A DNA stretch of 64,000 nucleotides. Source: Eledone cirrhosa. Its lineage: Eukaryota. Below are positions 41,586-56,012 of this stretch, in pieces; the first letter of the stretch is position 1, and every line of letters starts with the position of its first letter. The stretch lies in NCBI GenBank assembly GCA_964016885.1, contig OZ024749.1, forward strand, positions 34,348,001 to 34,412,000, given 5' to 3'. The notes beneath the pieces are model-generated. The model saw nothing but the letters and a program-made list of their open reading frames with translations, was not told the DNA's origin and did not search any database. The translations under genes were made by a program, and so were the position numbers.

Positions 41586-41704
41586 AATTATTATATGACA
41601 CCAAACAAATGACTCTATCCACAAGGTAGCAGTCCGGTACAAGCAATAACGATGGAAATAGCATGGGAATTCAACAACAGTAAACGTGGTGAGAGTGGTT
41701 TAGT

Positions 41705-41755
41705 TGACAAAAGACATAAAACAACTTGTTTTTTTTTAAAAAGATCGATTTTATT
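41705..41755 (-). terminator. Probable GFUS polyadenylation signal
   Basis: AATAAA at 41755-41750 followed by a GT/T-rich element (GTTGTTTTATGTCTTTTGTC); implies a 3' UTR of about 0.76 kb. Confidence 0.5.
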
Positions 41756-42495
41756 TTGAAAAATAGGCTCCAAAATCCAATTGTAAGCAATGATGTTTAA
41801 CTATCACCAATAATCAATAGTCTCACATGATGTTATTGTAAAATTTTCAAATTCATGATGTTATTGTAAAATTTTCAAATTCATGATGTTATTGTAAAAT
41901 TTTCAAATTCTATTTGCATTATAATATAGTCCCCTATATTTTAAGAAATTATTTTGTCGTAGCTTCCTAGTAAAATAAATGCACAGCAATAATAGATTAA
42001 ATATTGCTTTTGTAAGGAAAACAGATGAGTGTTTCCTTTTAAAGCATTTCAAATATTTGAATGAGATTTCCTAAATTGATAACAACAAATTTAAAGGAAG
42101 AGATACCTGTTCATAGCCTCTATTCTACAAATATATCCTATAGTAAATATATTCCAAAATTTATCCCATACTGACAATATGTCACATACAACTAACATAT
42201 ACAAGCTTGTCTATGTAAAAATCCCTCAGTTTCCAAATATATACTCCAACGTATGCAAGCTTGTTTATGTAAATACCCCTCATTTTTCAAATATATACTC
42301 CAACATATGCAAGCTTGTCTATGTAAATATATAAAAGATTATGGCATTAGCTTTTCCCGACTAATTTGGCATTGCTATACTCAGTCAAATTTGACATTGT
42401 TATACTCAGCCAATTGAAAAATTCACAGAAAAAATTTATGAAACATTATATTTCATCCCTTGCACAACAAAACTGTTGTTACCTGAAAATTCATT

Positions 42496-42551
42496 TCACT
42501 TTCGAGCAATGTCAAAATTTTGGACAAACCAATCACAGGAATGCTTAATAC
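42496..42551 (-). CDS. GFUS: GDP-L-fucose synthase, terminal coding exon
   Basis: GIKHSCDWFVQNFDIARK then TGA; the nine exons sum to 963 nt (320 aa plus stop) with consistent phases. Confidence 0.93.
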
Positions 42552-43404
42552 CTGAAAAGAAATGTAATTTGCAGTATAGTTAATAACTTGATAAAAATGT
42601 CTGTACTTTTTATGACATCCTTAATTTTGGTCCAATATTCATAACATATTGCTCCAATATTTATAACATATTGGTCCAATGTTTATATCATATTGACCCA
42701 ATATTTATAACATATTGGTCCAATATTTATAACATATTGGTCCAATGTTTATAACATCACTGAAGGCTTTATTAGAAAGTTGTGTTGGTGCCATAATAAA
42801 ATGCCCCGAACCAACTCTGTAAAGTGGTAGTGGTGGTGCTACAATAAAATGCACTCAGCCCACTCTGTAAAGTAGTACTGCTGGTGCCACGATAAAATAC
42901 ACTCAGCCCACTCTGTAAAGAGGTAGTGCTGGTGCTACAATAAAAAGCAACCTGTCCACCTTATCAAGTGGTAGTGGTTGAGTCAGAATAAAATGCACCC
43001 ATGCTTTGAAGTGGTTAGTGTTAGGAAGGGCATCTGGCTACAAACTCCATGCCAGAATGGACAGTCATCTGACATATCTAACCACAGAATGTAAACAAAC
43101 CGTCTAACCCATGTTAAACAGTGATAATGATGAATCTAGACCAAATCAGTGCTCCACTCAACACAGCAAAGCACTCATCAATTTTAGAATGCTTCAACTG
43201 CTTACAGCTATGTACTGTCTTCTGTGATATCTATTTATAATTGTTAAACTGGATAGCTTACAGTTAACAGACACAGTGTAGTGTTAGTGATAGGATATGA
43301 ACTGCCAAGGTGACAGACTAGAAATCAGCCTGTTACCTTTATTGATCTAGTCAGCTAAAATGAAGGATAGTAAGTTTTAAATTATTTAAAATAAATAATT
43401 TTAG

Positions 43405-43580
43405 CGACAAAACCAACTGGCAGGAGACCCAGAGGTAGACCACGAGCAAGATGGTTGGATAATATTCATGAGCTCAGTTGGTCTCATTTGGGAATCCACT
43501 CAGCTCAATTGGAGATGGTTGCCTCTGGGAAGGCATGTTTGAGGACTCTGACCCACATGACCCGTCAAAGAAGAAAAAGA
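43405..43580 (+). mobile_element. Short 3' end of the (GAA)n-tailed LINE in the last GFUS intron
   Basis: Similar to 26385-26580 and 57445-57632. Confidence 0.75.
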
Positions 43581-43588
43581 AAATTCTA

Positions 43589-44128
<540 letters not shown>

Positions 44129-44208
44129 AATTACTTCTCCAGTAAAATTCATTGCTTTTGTCACCAACTCAGCGACTTCCTTAATTGAAACTTCATCCTC
44201 TTCTCCGA
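44129..44208 (-). CDS. GFUS: GDP-L-fucose synthase, coding exon 7
   Basis: VGEEDEVSIKEVAELVTKAMNFTGEVI; 80 nt; followed by donor GTATCCTTTT. Confidence 0.93.
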
Positions 44209-44707
44209 CTGAAAGTAAAATAGTGACATGATTAACAGAAATCAATAAATATAGTCCCATGATTAACAGAAATCAATAAATATAGTGACATGATTAACAG
44301 AAATCAATAAATATAGTGACATGATTAACAGAAATCAATAAATATAATATAGTAATATGATGAACAGTAAAGAATTTTGTTAGTTATTTCAACTATTAAG
44401 AGTATCTTTGTTTATAAATGTTTATATTGTTGTAAAAATTGACAGTATAAGAGTAAAGAGTTGTTTATATTATTCAAAAGTGTTTGGTTAATGTGTTTCC
44501 ATGTGGTACAGGACATTAAGAGTTATCAAACTATTACAAGTATTTGTCCCACTTGGAATGAAGTATCACGCACTCTCCCATAAAATCATAAACAGACAAA
44601 TAGTTAAGTAACTCAAAACAAAAATTTTAAAAGAATTTGTTCAAATTAGTTAAGACAAATAATTAAATTTGACTGCCACATCAAATAACAAAATAATAGT
44701 AATTCAT

Positions 44708-45231
44708 TTAACTCTTTAGCATTTAAACTGGTTGCCAGAACTCTCTCACCTCTTTCTGTTCAAACTGGCTGTAATCAGCTGCTCATACTTATGTTAACCT
44801 TTTAGCATTTAAACTGTTCACATCAGACCAGAATTCTCTCACCTCTTTCTGTTCAAACCGACTGTTCACACTTATGTAAACCTTTTAGCATTTACATTAT
44901 TCTATATTTACTATTGTATTTTCACAGTAAGAGCTTTATCTTACATATTTATCTCACATAATATTGAATCTACGAGATGTTGATGTTATTTATTTTGAGA
45001 ACAATACCTTAATGTGGGTATGAGTAGCAAGTTACAGCCAGTTTGAACAGAAAGAGGTGAGAGGGTTCTGGCTGGGTACATTAAATGCTAAAGGGTTAAG
45101 GTAATGTTCTCAAAATATATAATACCAAAATCTCGTAGATTCGATATTATGTGGGATAATTATGTGATATAAAACTTTTACTGTGAAAATACATTAGTAA
45201 ATATAGAGTAATGTAAATATTAAAGGATTAA
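44708..45231. mobile_element. Nested cluster of TTAA-flanked (piggyBac-like) MITEs
   Basis: TTAA-CCCTTTAGCATT-like termini; a reverse copy (44878-45098) lies inside a forward copy, which follows a further partial copy. Confidence 0.8.
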
Positions 45232-45293
45232 AATGTCTTTTTTTCAAGAATAGAAGATCAATAGAAGATCAATTTTCAATTAAGAAGACTTAC

Positions 45294-45425
45294 CAGACAA
45301 TAGAATGGGATCAATTTCTTCATAGTTCCGCAACACCCACACAATGAGATTAGCTAGATCCAAAGAATAGATAAATTGTCTTCGAGGTTTTCCAGTACCA
45401 CAAATTGTAAGTGGTGTACCATTTT
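45294..45425 (-). CDS. GFUS: GDP-L-fucose synthase, coding exon 6
   Basis: NGTPLTICGTGKPRRQFIYSLDLANLIVWVLRNYEEIDPILLS; 132 nt; ttttag and GTAAG boundaries. Confidence 0.95.
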
Positions 45426-45643
45426 CTAAAATGAAAAAAACATTTTTTAAAAATCAAATCCACATTAATTTATGACATCTAACAAAGATTTCTTTCCATT
45501 TAAAATCTTATTAGGAAGTGTGTAAACAATATAGACTCTGTTGAAATTAAATTCTCAGACTTTGAGAAGTAACTGCAGATGAAGCTTCTAAGAAGACAAC
45601 TTTACTAGAAGACTATCTTAAAAAGATTCAATTTTTTCTTCTT

Positions 45644-45860
45644 TTAACTCTTTAGAATTTAAACTGGCTGTATCCGGCCAGAACTCTCTCATCTCTCTCT
45701 GTTCAAATCAGCTGTAACTGGCTGCTCACACTGATGTTAAAGTATTGTCCTCAAAATAGATAATGTCAAAATCTCATAGATGTGAGATAATTATACGGAA
45801 TAATGCCTTTACTATAAACATTTAATAGTAAACAGAGTAATGTAAATGCTAGAGGGTTAA
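45644..45860 (+). mobile_element. piggyBac-like MITE, complete
   Basis: TTAACTCTTTAG...CTAGAGGGTTAA. Confidence 0.8.
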
Positions 45861-46471
45861 GGGAAATATACTTCAACATATGAACGCACATACAACTCAA
45901 TCACCCATTCATAATAAAGAAAATTATTTCTTATTCTGCCCGATATCATCTTATTACTCTCACTTCCAGAATTTTAAACATGATGCAAATAATTGTATAT
46001 AACCATCTCTTTTATCACTTTCAGAATCTTGATTGATATTGCATGCACACTTTCATCAAACATGTGCAGTTGACATTTTTTGCAGGATTACAATTTTCTG
46101 TCAGGTCTTTATGACAAATGACAACTGCTATAATGAAGATATATTACTCTCTGTTTCTCAATGATCACTATTGTCGTTCCATAGAACCAGTTTTACCAGA
46201 AACCTGATCTCCTATGTCTCACAATCAACTGCTGTGCTCTTTTATTCTTGAGAAACTTCCACAAAATCAAACTTTGTTGCATTTGATGCCAGCCAAAATA
46301 TTCAACTACGTCTGCCATTGGAAATTCTTAGCTAAGCTGCTTGTTTGACTCTTCCATCTAATTAGTAGTTACTTGTCACATGTGACTACATCTTAATTAA
46401 CACACCTGTCTCACAATTCCATCTTCTAATTAGCAGTTACCTGTCAGGTGGCTCCATCATATTTTTAATTA

Positions 46472-46687
<216 letters not shown>

Positions 46688-47371
46688 TCATTTACTGATC
46701 TTGCATTGGCTACGAGTCAGTTATTCAACTGGTCTCCTAATGAACAAATTATATTTTGTTGTACTAGTTAAAAGACATCACCTACTGAGGAGAATCTGGC
46801 TCTTTAAGTTCACTAATTCTACCTTGTTATTTTAACCATGGTAAGTGGTGGATCTTTTTCTCTGATATTTGAAATAGTTGTATATGTTTAATTTATGTAT
46901 AACATGTAATGTAAATAATATTTCTTTATATTCTGATTACTTTTGTACATTGTCATATGTATCACAATATATAATTAATATTGTTTCTGTAATATTCTAA
47001 CATAAGTGTACCCTGGAAAGGTTTTTTTTTTACATCTTACTTCCATTGAGCTCTATACAGAACAACGAAATCGAGATATTTTTTATTTTGACTTATTTTT
47101 GCTTGTTATATATATATATAAATATATATATAAATTAGAAGACTTCGCTGTAACTTTCACTAAATAGAATAGCCTAATAATAATGGGGCATATAATACAA
47201 AAACCAGCCTTACTAACTAAAATTATTTTAATAAATTGCTCCAAATTCTCCACAGATTAATTCAAATACAGTATATTTTATCAGAAATATGAAAATGAAA
47301 GGTTTAATTAGAACAAAAAAGAATTAAGAACTAACTCCCAATTTTCACATCTTGTATTACAAATTTAAGTA

Positions 47372-47702
47372 TATAGTCTACGATAGTATAGTCTAAAACA
47401 GTACAGTCTACAATAGTATAGTCTAAAACAGTACAGTCTACAATACATATAGTCTACAACAGTACAGTCTACAATATATATAGTTTACAACAGTACAGTC
47501 TACAATATATATAGTTTACAACAGTACAGTCTACAATATATATAGTTTACAACAGTACAGTCTACAATATATATAGTCTAAAACAGTACAGTCTACAACA
47601 GTACAGTCTAAAACAGTACTGTCTACAGTAGTATAGTCTAAAACAGTACAGTCTACAATAGTATAGTCTACAACAGTACAATTTACAATAGTATAGTCTA
47701 TA
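47372..47702. repeat. About 19-21-bp tandem repeat in a GFUS intron
   Basis: AGTCTACAACAGTAC-type units. Other short arrays at 20130-20530, 29070-29236, 41826-41910, 42195-42330, 42625-42755, 43830-44112 and 44219-44345. Confidence 0.9.
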
Positions 47703-48318
47703 ATAATACAGCGTGCAATAAACTTGTGGGGGTGCAGGCAGTAAGTATTGGTTCCTCTTTACCTCCTAGTTTACTAAATAACTATTGCTGTTTAATTTAT
47801 GGCCAACAGAATGACAAAATAGACATAAATAAAATATTGCGGAGTAGTTTCCCTTGATTAACCCCCCCCCCCTCTCATTGAAGTTTACTTCTTAACATCC
47901 TGTACCACATGAAAGCGCATTAGTAAGACATTCTGGAAACGAAGAAAACAGCAGTATGACTGCATCACATTAAAAATTACTATCTTTAATACACAGAAAA
48001 TGTTCACAATCTGTCCATAGTAAAGATATTAAAATCATTATACCAACTTAAAAATGTCAATAATCTCTCCAAATTCTTGGTTGATAATGATTGTCATCAT
48101 CACCATCATCATCATTGTTAAACGTCTGCTTTCCAATGATGAAGAACCAAGAATTTGAATGGATTAACCAGAATAACCAGCTTTGACACCATTAATTTGG
48201 TGTTTGGAACAAAGGTTTTAACATTAAAAAATTATTTGAAACACATAGGAAAGGTCTTTTATTAAAAATACGGTAATTAAAGGGTTAAATTTACTTAAAA
48301 CAAATTTAAATATGTTCA

Positions 48319-48423
<105 letters not shown>

Positions 48424-49605
48424 TCAAATTGGAAACAAATTTATGATTTATGGAGAGCTGAAAGATTTGAAAATGTGAGAGACACAAATATAAAAAATGA
48501 CCATAATAACAGTCAATCACTATAAGTAATAGTTGAGAAAATAAGGGAATGTTATCCTTAGAGACAGAAAATAATAGATAGAAATGTCTACAAGGAATTG
48601 AAACTTACATCTCTCAAATAGGGTTTGAGTCCTTATAGCTACCTCTAAACCCTACATTTTCCAAATGGGGTTTGAGTCCTCATAGCTACCTCTAAACCCA
48701 CATCTCTTAAATGGAGAGCTTATTGACATAAAAGTCATTATAGCTAATGAATGACAAATCATTAAATGATGATTTTAGAATATGAATTAAGTCAAATTTG
48801 CAAATACAATCTCTAAAACATGAAAAAATCCGGATGTGGTACATTATTAGTAGAAGAGTTATGTAAAATATCAGCAAATTTAGCAGAAAATGTTTAAAAA
48901 TGGGTTTGTTGATTCAAATTATCACCATCATCACCATTATATGTCTGTTTTTTCCATGCTAGCATGGGTTTGATAGATCTTTTTCAGCCCAGCACCCCTC
49001 TACTCATTGCAGTCCTTCTTCATCTCTTCTGTGAGTTTTAGCGATTTGAGATCAGCTCTAACCACCTCCACCTAAGCTTCCCTTGATCTTCCTCTACTGC
49101 TACTTCCTTCCACTTCTTAACCCAGTGATCAACATCCACACACATTACATGTTCATACCAGCACAGTCTTCTCTCTTGCACAACGGTTTCAAATATAGTA
49201 TCTTTACTAGCGGAGAGATCATTGTGAAAATCTGCAGCATTAGCATAGCAAAGACTTTAATTTTTAATGTGATACAGTCATAGCCTTGTTTTATACTTTT
49301 TTAGAATGTTTTGGTAATGCAGTTTCATGTTAAACAGGATGTTAAGAGTTAAACACAAACTGGGATCCATGTAAGAAAATTATAAAGGTTCTTTTTTATA
49401 TATAAAGGGCATCCAAATTTACAGTCATCGTCAGAGCAAAATACGGCGTGGCCAACTCTGGCCAAACTTGTCTCCCTACATCGATGACGTGTCTAACCCA
49501 TGCAAGCATGGAAAATGGACACTAAACAGATGATGATGATGATGATGATGATAAAGTTTGTAAATGTATAAATATATCATTTTCATACAAAAAAGACTTT
49601 AATTA

Positions 49606-49794
<189 letters not shown>

Positions 49795-49819
49795 CTATTT
49801 TCCACATTCTTAATAATGA

Positions 49820-51630
49820 AGTGGAGATGGGTGATTATTAAATTAGGGGTTTACAGAGGGTACTTGGATAATGTGGTGGTGGTGGTGGTGGGGATGGGTG
49901 AGCATTAAATTAGTAGTTTAGAGGGGGGGGTGTACTTAGATGTGCTGGTGGTTGGATAGGTGAGCATTAAATTAGGGTTCTAGAAGGGGTACTTAGATAA
50001 TGTGGTGGTGAGATGGGTGAGCATTAAATTAGGGCTCTAGAAGGGGTACTTAGATGTTGTGGTGGTGGGATGGGTGAGCATTAAATTAGGGCTCTAGAAG
50101 GGGTACTTAGATGTTGTGGTGGTGGGATGGGTGAGCATTAAATTAGAGCTCTAGAAGGGGTACTTAGATGTTGTGGTGGTGGGATAGGTGAGCATTAAAT
50201 TAGGGCTCTAGAAGGGGTACTTAGATGTTGTGGTGGTGAGATGAATGAGCATTAAATTAGGGCTCTAGAAGGGGTACTTAGATATTGTGGAGGTGAGATG
50301 GGTGAGCATTAAATTAGGGCTCTAGAAGGGGTACTTAGATGTTGTGGTGGTGAGATGAATGAGCATTAAATTAGGGCTCTAGAAGGGGTACTTAGATATT
50401 GTGGTGGTGAGATGGGTGAGCATTAAATTAGGGCTCTAGAATGGGTAGTTAGATATTGTGGTGGTGGGACGGGTGAGCATTAAATTAGGGCTCTAGAAGG
50501 GGTACTTAGATAATGTGGTGGTGAGATGGGTGAGCATTAAATTAGGGCTCTAGAAGGGGTACTTAGATATTGTGTTAGTGAGATGGGTGAGCATTAAATT
50601 AGGGCTCTAGAAGGGGTACTTAGATGTTGTGGTGGTGAGATGGGTGAGCATTAAATTAGGGCTCTAGAAGGGGTACTTAGATATTGTGGTGGTGAGATGA
50701 ATGAGCATTAAATTAGGGCTCTAGAAGGGGTACTTAGATGTTGTGGTGGTGAGATGGGTGAGCATTAAATTAGGGCTCTAGAAGGGGTACTTAGATATTG
50801 TGGTGGTGAGATGAATGAGCATTAAATTAGGGCTCTAGAAGGGGTACTTAGATATTGTGGTGGTGAGATGGGTGAGCATTAAATTAGGGCTCTAGAAGGG
50901 GTACTTAGATATTGTGGTGGTGAGATGGGTGAGCATTAAATTAGGGCTCTAGAAGGGGTACTTAGATGTTGTGGTGGTGAGATGGGTGAGCATTAAATTA
51001 TGGCTCCAGAAGGGGTACTTAGATATTGTGGTGGTGAGATGGGTGAGCATTAAATTAGGGCTCTAGAAGGGGTACTTAGATATTGTGGTGGTGAGATGGG
51101 TGAGCATTAAATTAGGGCTCTAGAAGGGGTAGTTAGATAATGTGGTGGTGAGATGGGTGAGCATTAAATTGGGGCTCTAGAAGGGGTACTTAGATGTTGT
51201 GGTGGTGAGATGGGTGAGCATTAAATTAGGGCTCTAGAAGGGGTACTTAGATGTTGTGGTGGTGGGATGGGTGAACATTAAATTAGGGCTCTAGAAGGGG
51301 TACTTAGATGTGCTGGTGGGATGGGTGAGATTAAATTAGGGCTCTAGAATGGGTAGTTAGATATTGTGGTGGTGGGACGGGTGAGCATTAAATTAGGGCT
51401 CTAGAAGGGGTACTTAGATAATGTGATGGTGAGATGGGTGAGCATTAAATTAGGTCTCTAGAAGGGGTACTTAGATATTGTGGTGGTGGGATGGGTGAGA
51501 TTAAATTAGGGCTCTAGAAGGGGTAGTTAGATGTTGTGGTGGTGGGATGGGTGAGCATTAAATTAGGGGACTAGAGGGGGTACTTAGATAATGTGGGAGG
51601 AGGACGAGTGATTATTAAATTGGGGCTCTA
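49820..51630. repeat. 57-bp G-rich minisatellite, about 32 units, filling a GFUS intron
   Basis: Unit GAGCATTAAATTAGGGCTCTAGAAGGGGTACTTAGATRTTGTGGTGGTGRGATGGGT. Confidence 0.97.
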
Positions 51631-51673
51631 AAAGATGAGGGGATTTGGCCGTTTTATATAAAATCATAATTCA

Positions 51674-51871
<198 letters not shown>

Positions 51872-51933
51872 TTAATTAGCTGAAGAAGCCTCTATGGTTA
51901 CATGATCTGTTAGAAATAGCAACCAAACCTTCT

Positions 51934-52147
51934 TTAACCCTTTAGCAGTTAAACCGGCCGTATCCGGCCCGAATTCTATCACCCTTTTCTGTTCAAACCA
52001 GCCATAACTAGCTGCTTATACTTATGTTATGTTATTGTTCTCAAAATAAAGAATATCAAAATCTCATAGCTTCAATATTGTGAGATAAAGCCTTTACTGT
52101 GAAAATATAATAGTAAATATAGAGTAATGTAAAAGCTAAAGGATTAA
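51934..52147 (+). mobile_element. piggyBac-like MITE, complete
   Basis: TTAACCCTTTAGC...GCTAAAGGATTAA; same family as 45644-45860. Confidence 0.8.
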
Positions 52148-52755
52148 ATCACACACTACCATCTTTCAAAAAGTAGTTTTTGATTCACTGCAGACAAGGT
52201 TGGATTTAGACCTTAGGGGGCCCGGGGCACTTCAGGTTTGAAGAGGCCCCTCATACACAAAAAAAAATTAGAATACACAGCAAACCCCTCGATTTTACAT
52301 ATCAACGTTACGTTGGCACAAGTAAATGGAATTGAAGTTAGACATACAGGTATTAAATTCAAAAATTCTAACCGTCCTAAAACTAAAAAGCCCAGCTGAG
52401 GGCACAAATAAATTGTCACGGTCGTCGCTGGTGCAAAATTTAGAATTTCACAACATCAACAGACTATCAGAAGAAATATTACTATAATATTACATTAATC
52501 AAAAGGTAAAGATCTTCAAAACTTCTATGCTTCTTGAAATTCACCAACACTACACTTGATATTCCCCCTCGATACACACGCACGCATGTATCTGTGTGCT
52601 TATCATGACTCATACACTGTTCACTTTCCTGACATTTGTACATTATTCTATGTACTATACATGCACCTTTGATGAGTTTTAGTACACCTGAGCACTGTAC
52701 ACAATAATCTTCATTTTATTATTATTATTAATGTGAAAACTCTAATTATACTTAC

Positions 52756-52898
52756 AAAAGGTCAGCATCATGTGAAGATATAAATATCCATTGTTCGTTG
52801 GGATCTTTTTTTTCACCATTAACAACCGTTTTAATTCCTTGTCCAACCATACCAGATCCTCCAGTAACTAGAACAACCTTCTTCTCTGACGACGTCAT
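52756..52898 (-). CDS. GFUS: GDP-L-fucose synthase, coding exon 1
   Basis: MTSSEKKVVLVTGGSGMVGQGI...SSHDADL with the GxxGxxG NADPH motif; acceptor ttttgcag at 52906, donor GTAAG at 52755; 143 coding nt. Confidence 0.95.
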
Positions 52899-55203
52899 AT
52901 TTTCTCTGCAAAATAGTTTTGATATTTTCACTTTCAAAATTCAAAAACTCTGTAAAACAATACTTAAATATTATGATTTTTTTTATGTGCTAAAGTGTAT
53001 GGCTCATGACCACAATTTTTAGGGGACTTGACCGACCACTTCCTTGTTGGGCCTGTCACAGTCAAAAACTCTGGGAGCTTCCATCCTCTAACTGATGGGG
53101 ATGCAGACTTTTGGAGAGATTCGTGGTCAAATCTTTTTGTTTTTGGTTTTTCCTTGGAATACATCTCCATCGGTTTCGACGATGAGTGTTCCAGTTGATC
53201 AACGGAACTCCTCGCTCAGGAAATTAGCATTTCACAGACCCCCATGTACCCTTAATGTAATTTACAGGTAGAGTCTATCCAGCGGACTTTCAGACAGTTT
53301 GCATCTACCTAATTTGACTCACAGGGAACAGGACAACCCAAGGCTAAAGTAAATGATACTTTCCTAAGGTGACACGTGATGGGATCGCACCAGGAACCTA
53401 CCTAATGATTGAGAACCGAACTTCTGAATCATTCGACCGAATTGTGTTTGTTTTTAAATGGTTCATTTGCACTTGTATCCAGTGAAAGGGAGGTAATCTT
53501 TATTTTAAAAAACCAAATCAATTCTCATTCGTATTTTTCACTTATTTATCTTACAAACCTTAAATATTTTTGTTCCCATTTTCTTTATTGGATTCCTTAC
53601 TAAACATTTGTATATTTTCTTTTTTTTCCGGAGGTGTTTTTTTTACTCTTTCCTTTTTTACTCGAATTTGATTTTCATTATCCAGGATTTACTGCTATAA
53701 TTATAGTTAATGACTATGTTGTTATAAATCCCCACAAAGACGGCAATCCGATTTATACCGAGAGCAAACAGTCAATTGTTGCGAACCAATTCTAGGATCG
53801 GTATTTACTTATTTACTTTTCTTTTGTAGATTTAGCCCTTTTGATATCAGTCTGTTTGAAACCGTCACGATCGTGTGATCACAACTGATTGTTTTAAAAC
53901 ATTTTAGAAATTAATTGAAATTTCTTGAATAGAACCATCGTATCAACGAATTGTTCTTTGGATGAAATAAAATTAATGAATGTTATTTACAACATAATCC
54001 CTATTAATAACAAAAAAGGTGGAGAGAAGAGAAGAAATAATAAGGTTATTATATAAAAATAACTTCCAGCATATTTTCAAAATTAATTGAAACATCCAGT
54101 CAGTGTATTTCATTAGAGATACGGTAACAAAGGGATTAGGGTAATAAAGGGGTTTAAAGAAATAATACATTATACAGTCGAAGAAGTTGTATATTTACCA
54201 CCAAAACACAACCAGTGTAAAACCACCATAGATCACACCTTAATTAGACAATGTCATTGTTATAACATTTCTGGCTTTTATCCAACTGTGAAATTTAATG
54301 AGGTTATTTTCTGCCATCAAATTGTTCATAGGCATACCTAGTTTTTCCACCTGCTAGAATAACAGTAATTCTCCCCACCACCTACCTACCATTAAAACTG
54401 GCACATTGGACATCTTAGTCCTCATAGATCAGTAGTCCTAAGATCAATAGTCCTAATAGATTGGTAGATCCAAGATCAGTAGTTAGGGCAGCAGGAAATT
54501 GCAGTCATTAGAACATTGGATATAATGCCTTGCAGTATTCATTCCAGCTCTCTGCTCTCCGAGTTTAAATCTTGCTGAGGTTAACTTTGCCTTTCATCAT
54601 TTCGAAGTCAATAAAAAAAAATCTAACTCGAATATTAGAGTATATTCTTCTGCAGTATATCTCTTTCTCCTTTTTTTTTTCTATAACACTTTCTCCTCAG
54701 TAAGATATCAGCTGTGTTTAGACCTGGAAAGGGGATGGACTCTGCCAGGCTTAAAATGCACAAGACACACTCTACGATACTACAGCATCTCTATAACTCC
54801 ATCAAGAGTTATGGGTACATAGTTTCAAATGTCCAAGACACACTGTATGTCACTATGGTGTTCTTATAAATCCATCAGGTGCTATGGGTTCGTACAGATA
54901 TTGATACAATATAAGTAACACTTAGATTAGACATCAGGGTGACGTGGTTAAAGAACCGTGGCAAAATTACTGTCCTAGATACATTATGGTTAGATTGCAG
55001 TGTGTGTCTTATTTCAGTTTAGACTGTGATATCTCATCAGAAGGCGGCAAATTGGCAGAACATCGGATAGAATATTTCGTGTCAACTCTATGTGCTCAAA
55101 TCCCACGAATGTCTACCTTTGCCTTTCATCCTCTCGAGGTTTATAAGTAAATTTCCAGTCCAAAACTGGGGCTGCTTATTTCTCTCTTTACGCACACATT
55201 ATC

Positions 55204-55281
55204 TACAGGGTGTCTCCCCCCAATGTATATACACTTCAACAGAATTCTAATAAATATGTGTATACATTTTTAGGGGAAACC

Positions 55282-55286
<5 letters not shown>
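55204..55286. mobile_element. About 80-bp Tc1/mariner-type MITE (second copy about 61930-62013)
   Basis: TACAGGGTGT...ACCCTGTA termini. Confidence 0.7.
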
Positions 55287-55359
<73 letters not shown>

Positions 55360-55942
55360 CTGTAGGTAAACCCACCTCATAGAGGTTTTTATTTTTGTCG
55401 GACAGGACGTAGATATTTCAAAATTTTCTCGCCGACCAACAAGCAACTAGAACCTTCGAGAATGACCTTTTTCAAATGATTAGAAACGTCAAATTCCGCT
55501 AGGCAGTTACACCCTCCAATAACTACCCGAGGAAAAAGTTACAAGTAATGAGAAAATCCTCAAAATCAAAAACCTCTACAATCGGCTGGCGTACAATGTC
55601 ATAACTTGCACTTACAAAAAGGCCCGGTGATAATGCCCTTAATATCACCAACGCAAAGTGTAAAAGGAAATATATATGTGTGTGGAAGAAATCGACTTGG
55701 AGAGGGATGGGCTCCGCCAGGCTTAAACATTTAACTCCGAAGCCCCTATAATTTCATCAGGATTTAAGTGCCCCCGTACAATCATCAATATAAGCCAACG
55801 TGTAACAAAGCCGCTTGCTATATATATCTAAGAATTATAACTGTCAACGTGCAACGGTGTGACAAATATCAATACCAACTTTACTAAGCTCTACTCTAGA
55901 TATTCATAGTTTTATCAGTACCGAAAAAAGAAAATATTTCGG

Positions 55943-56012
55943 CTTACTATCATGTCGCAGAAGATATTTTGGTAACTTTTACCAGCAACAACGATGTTTA
56001 TTTACTTCCGCT
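55943..56012 (-). promoter_or_regulatory. Candidate GFUS non-coding first exon and promoter
   Basis: The ATG exon has an acceptor, so an upstream exon is expected; here a GTAAG donor (55947-55943) lies just downstream of an ETS-like CGGAAGT (56010-56004) in unique sequence. Confidence 0.3.

Noticed and set aside
39682-41629. Three ORFs of about 600 aa as a repeat-protein gene
   Set aside because: Explained by a stop-free 48-bp unit; no signal peptide, splice structure or promoter was seen.
52899-52937. N-terminal extension MKVKISKLFCREN of the GFUS ORF in the track
   Set aside because: Mostly intron upstream of the acceptor at 52906; family similarity starts near the ATG at 52898.
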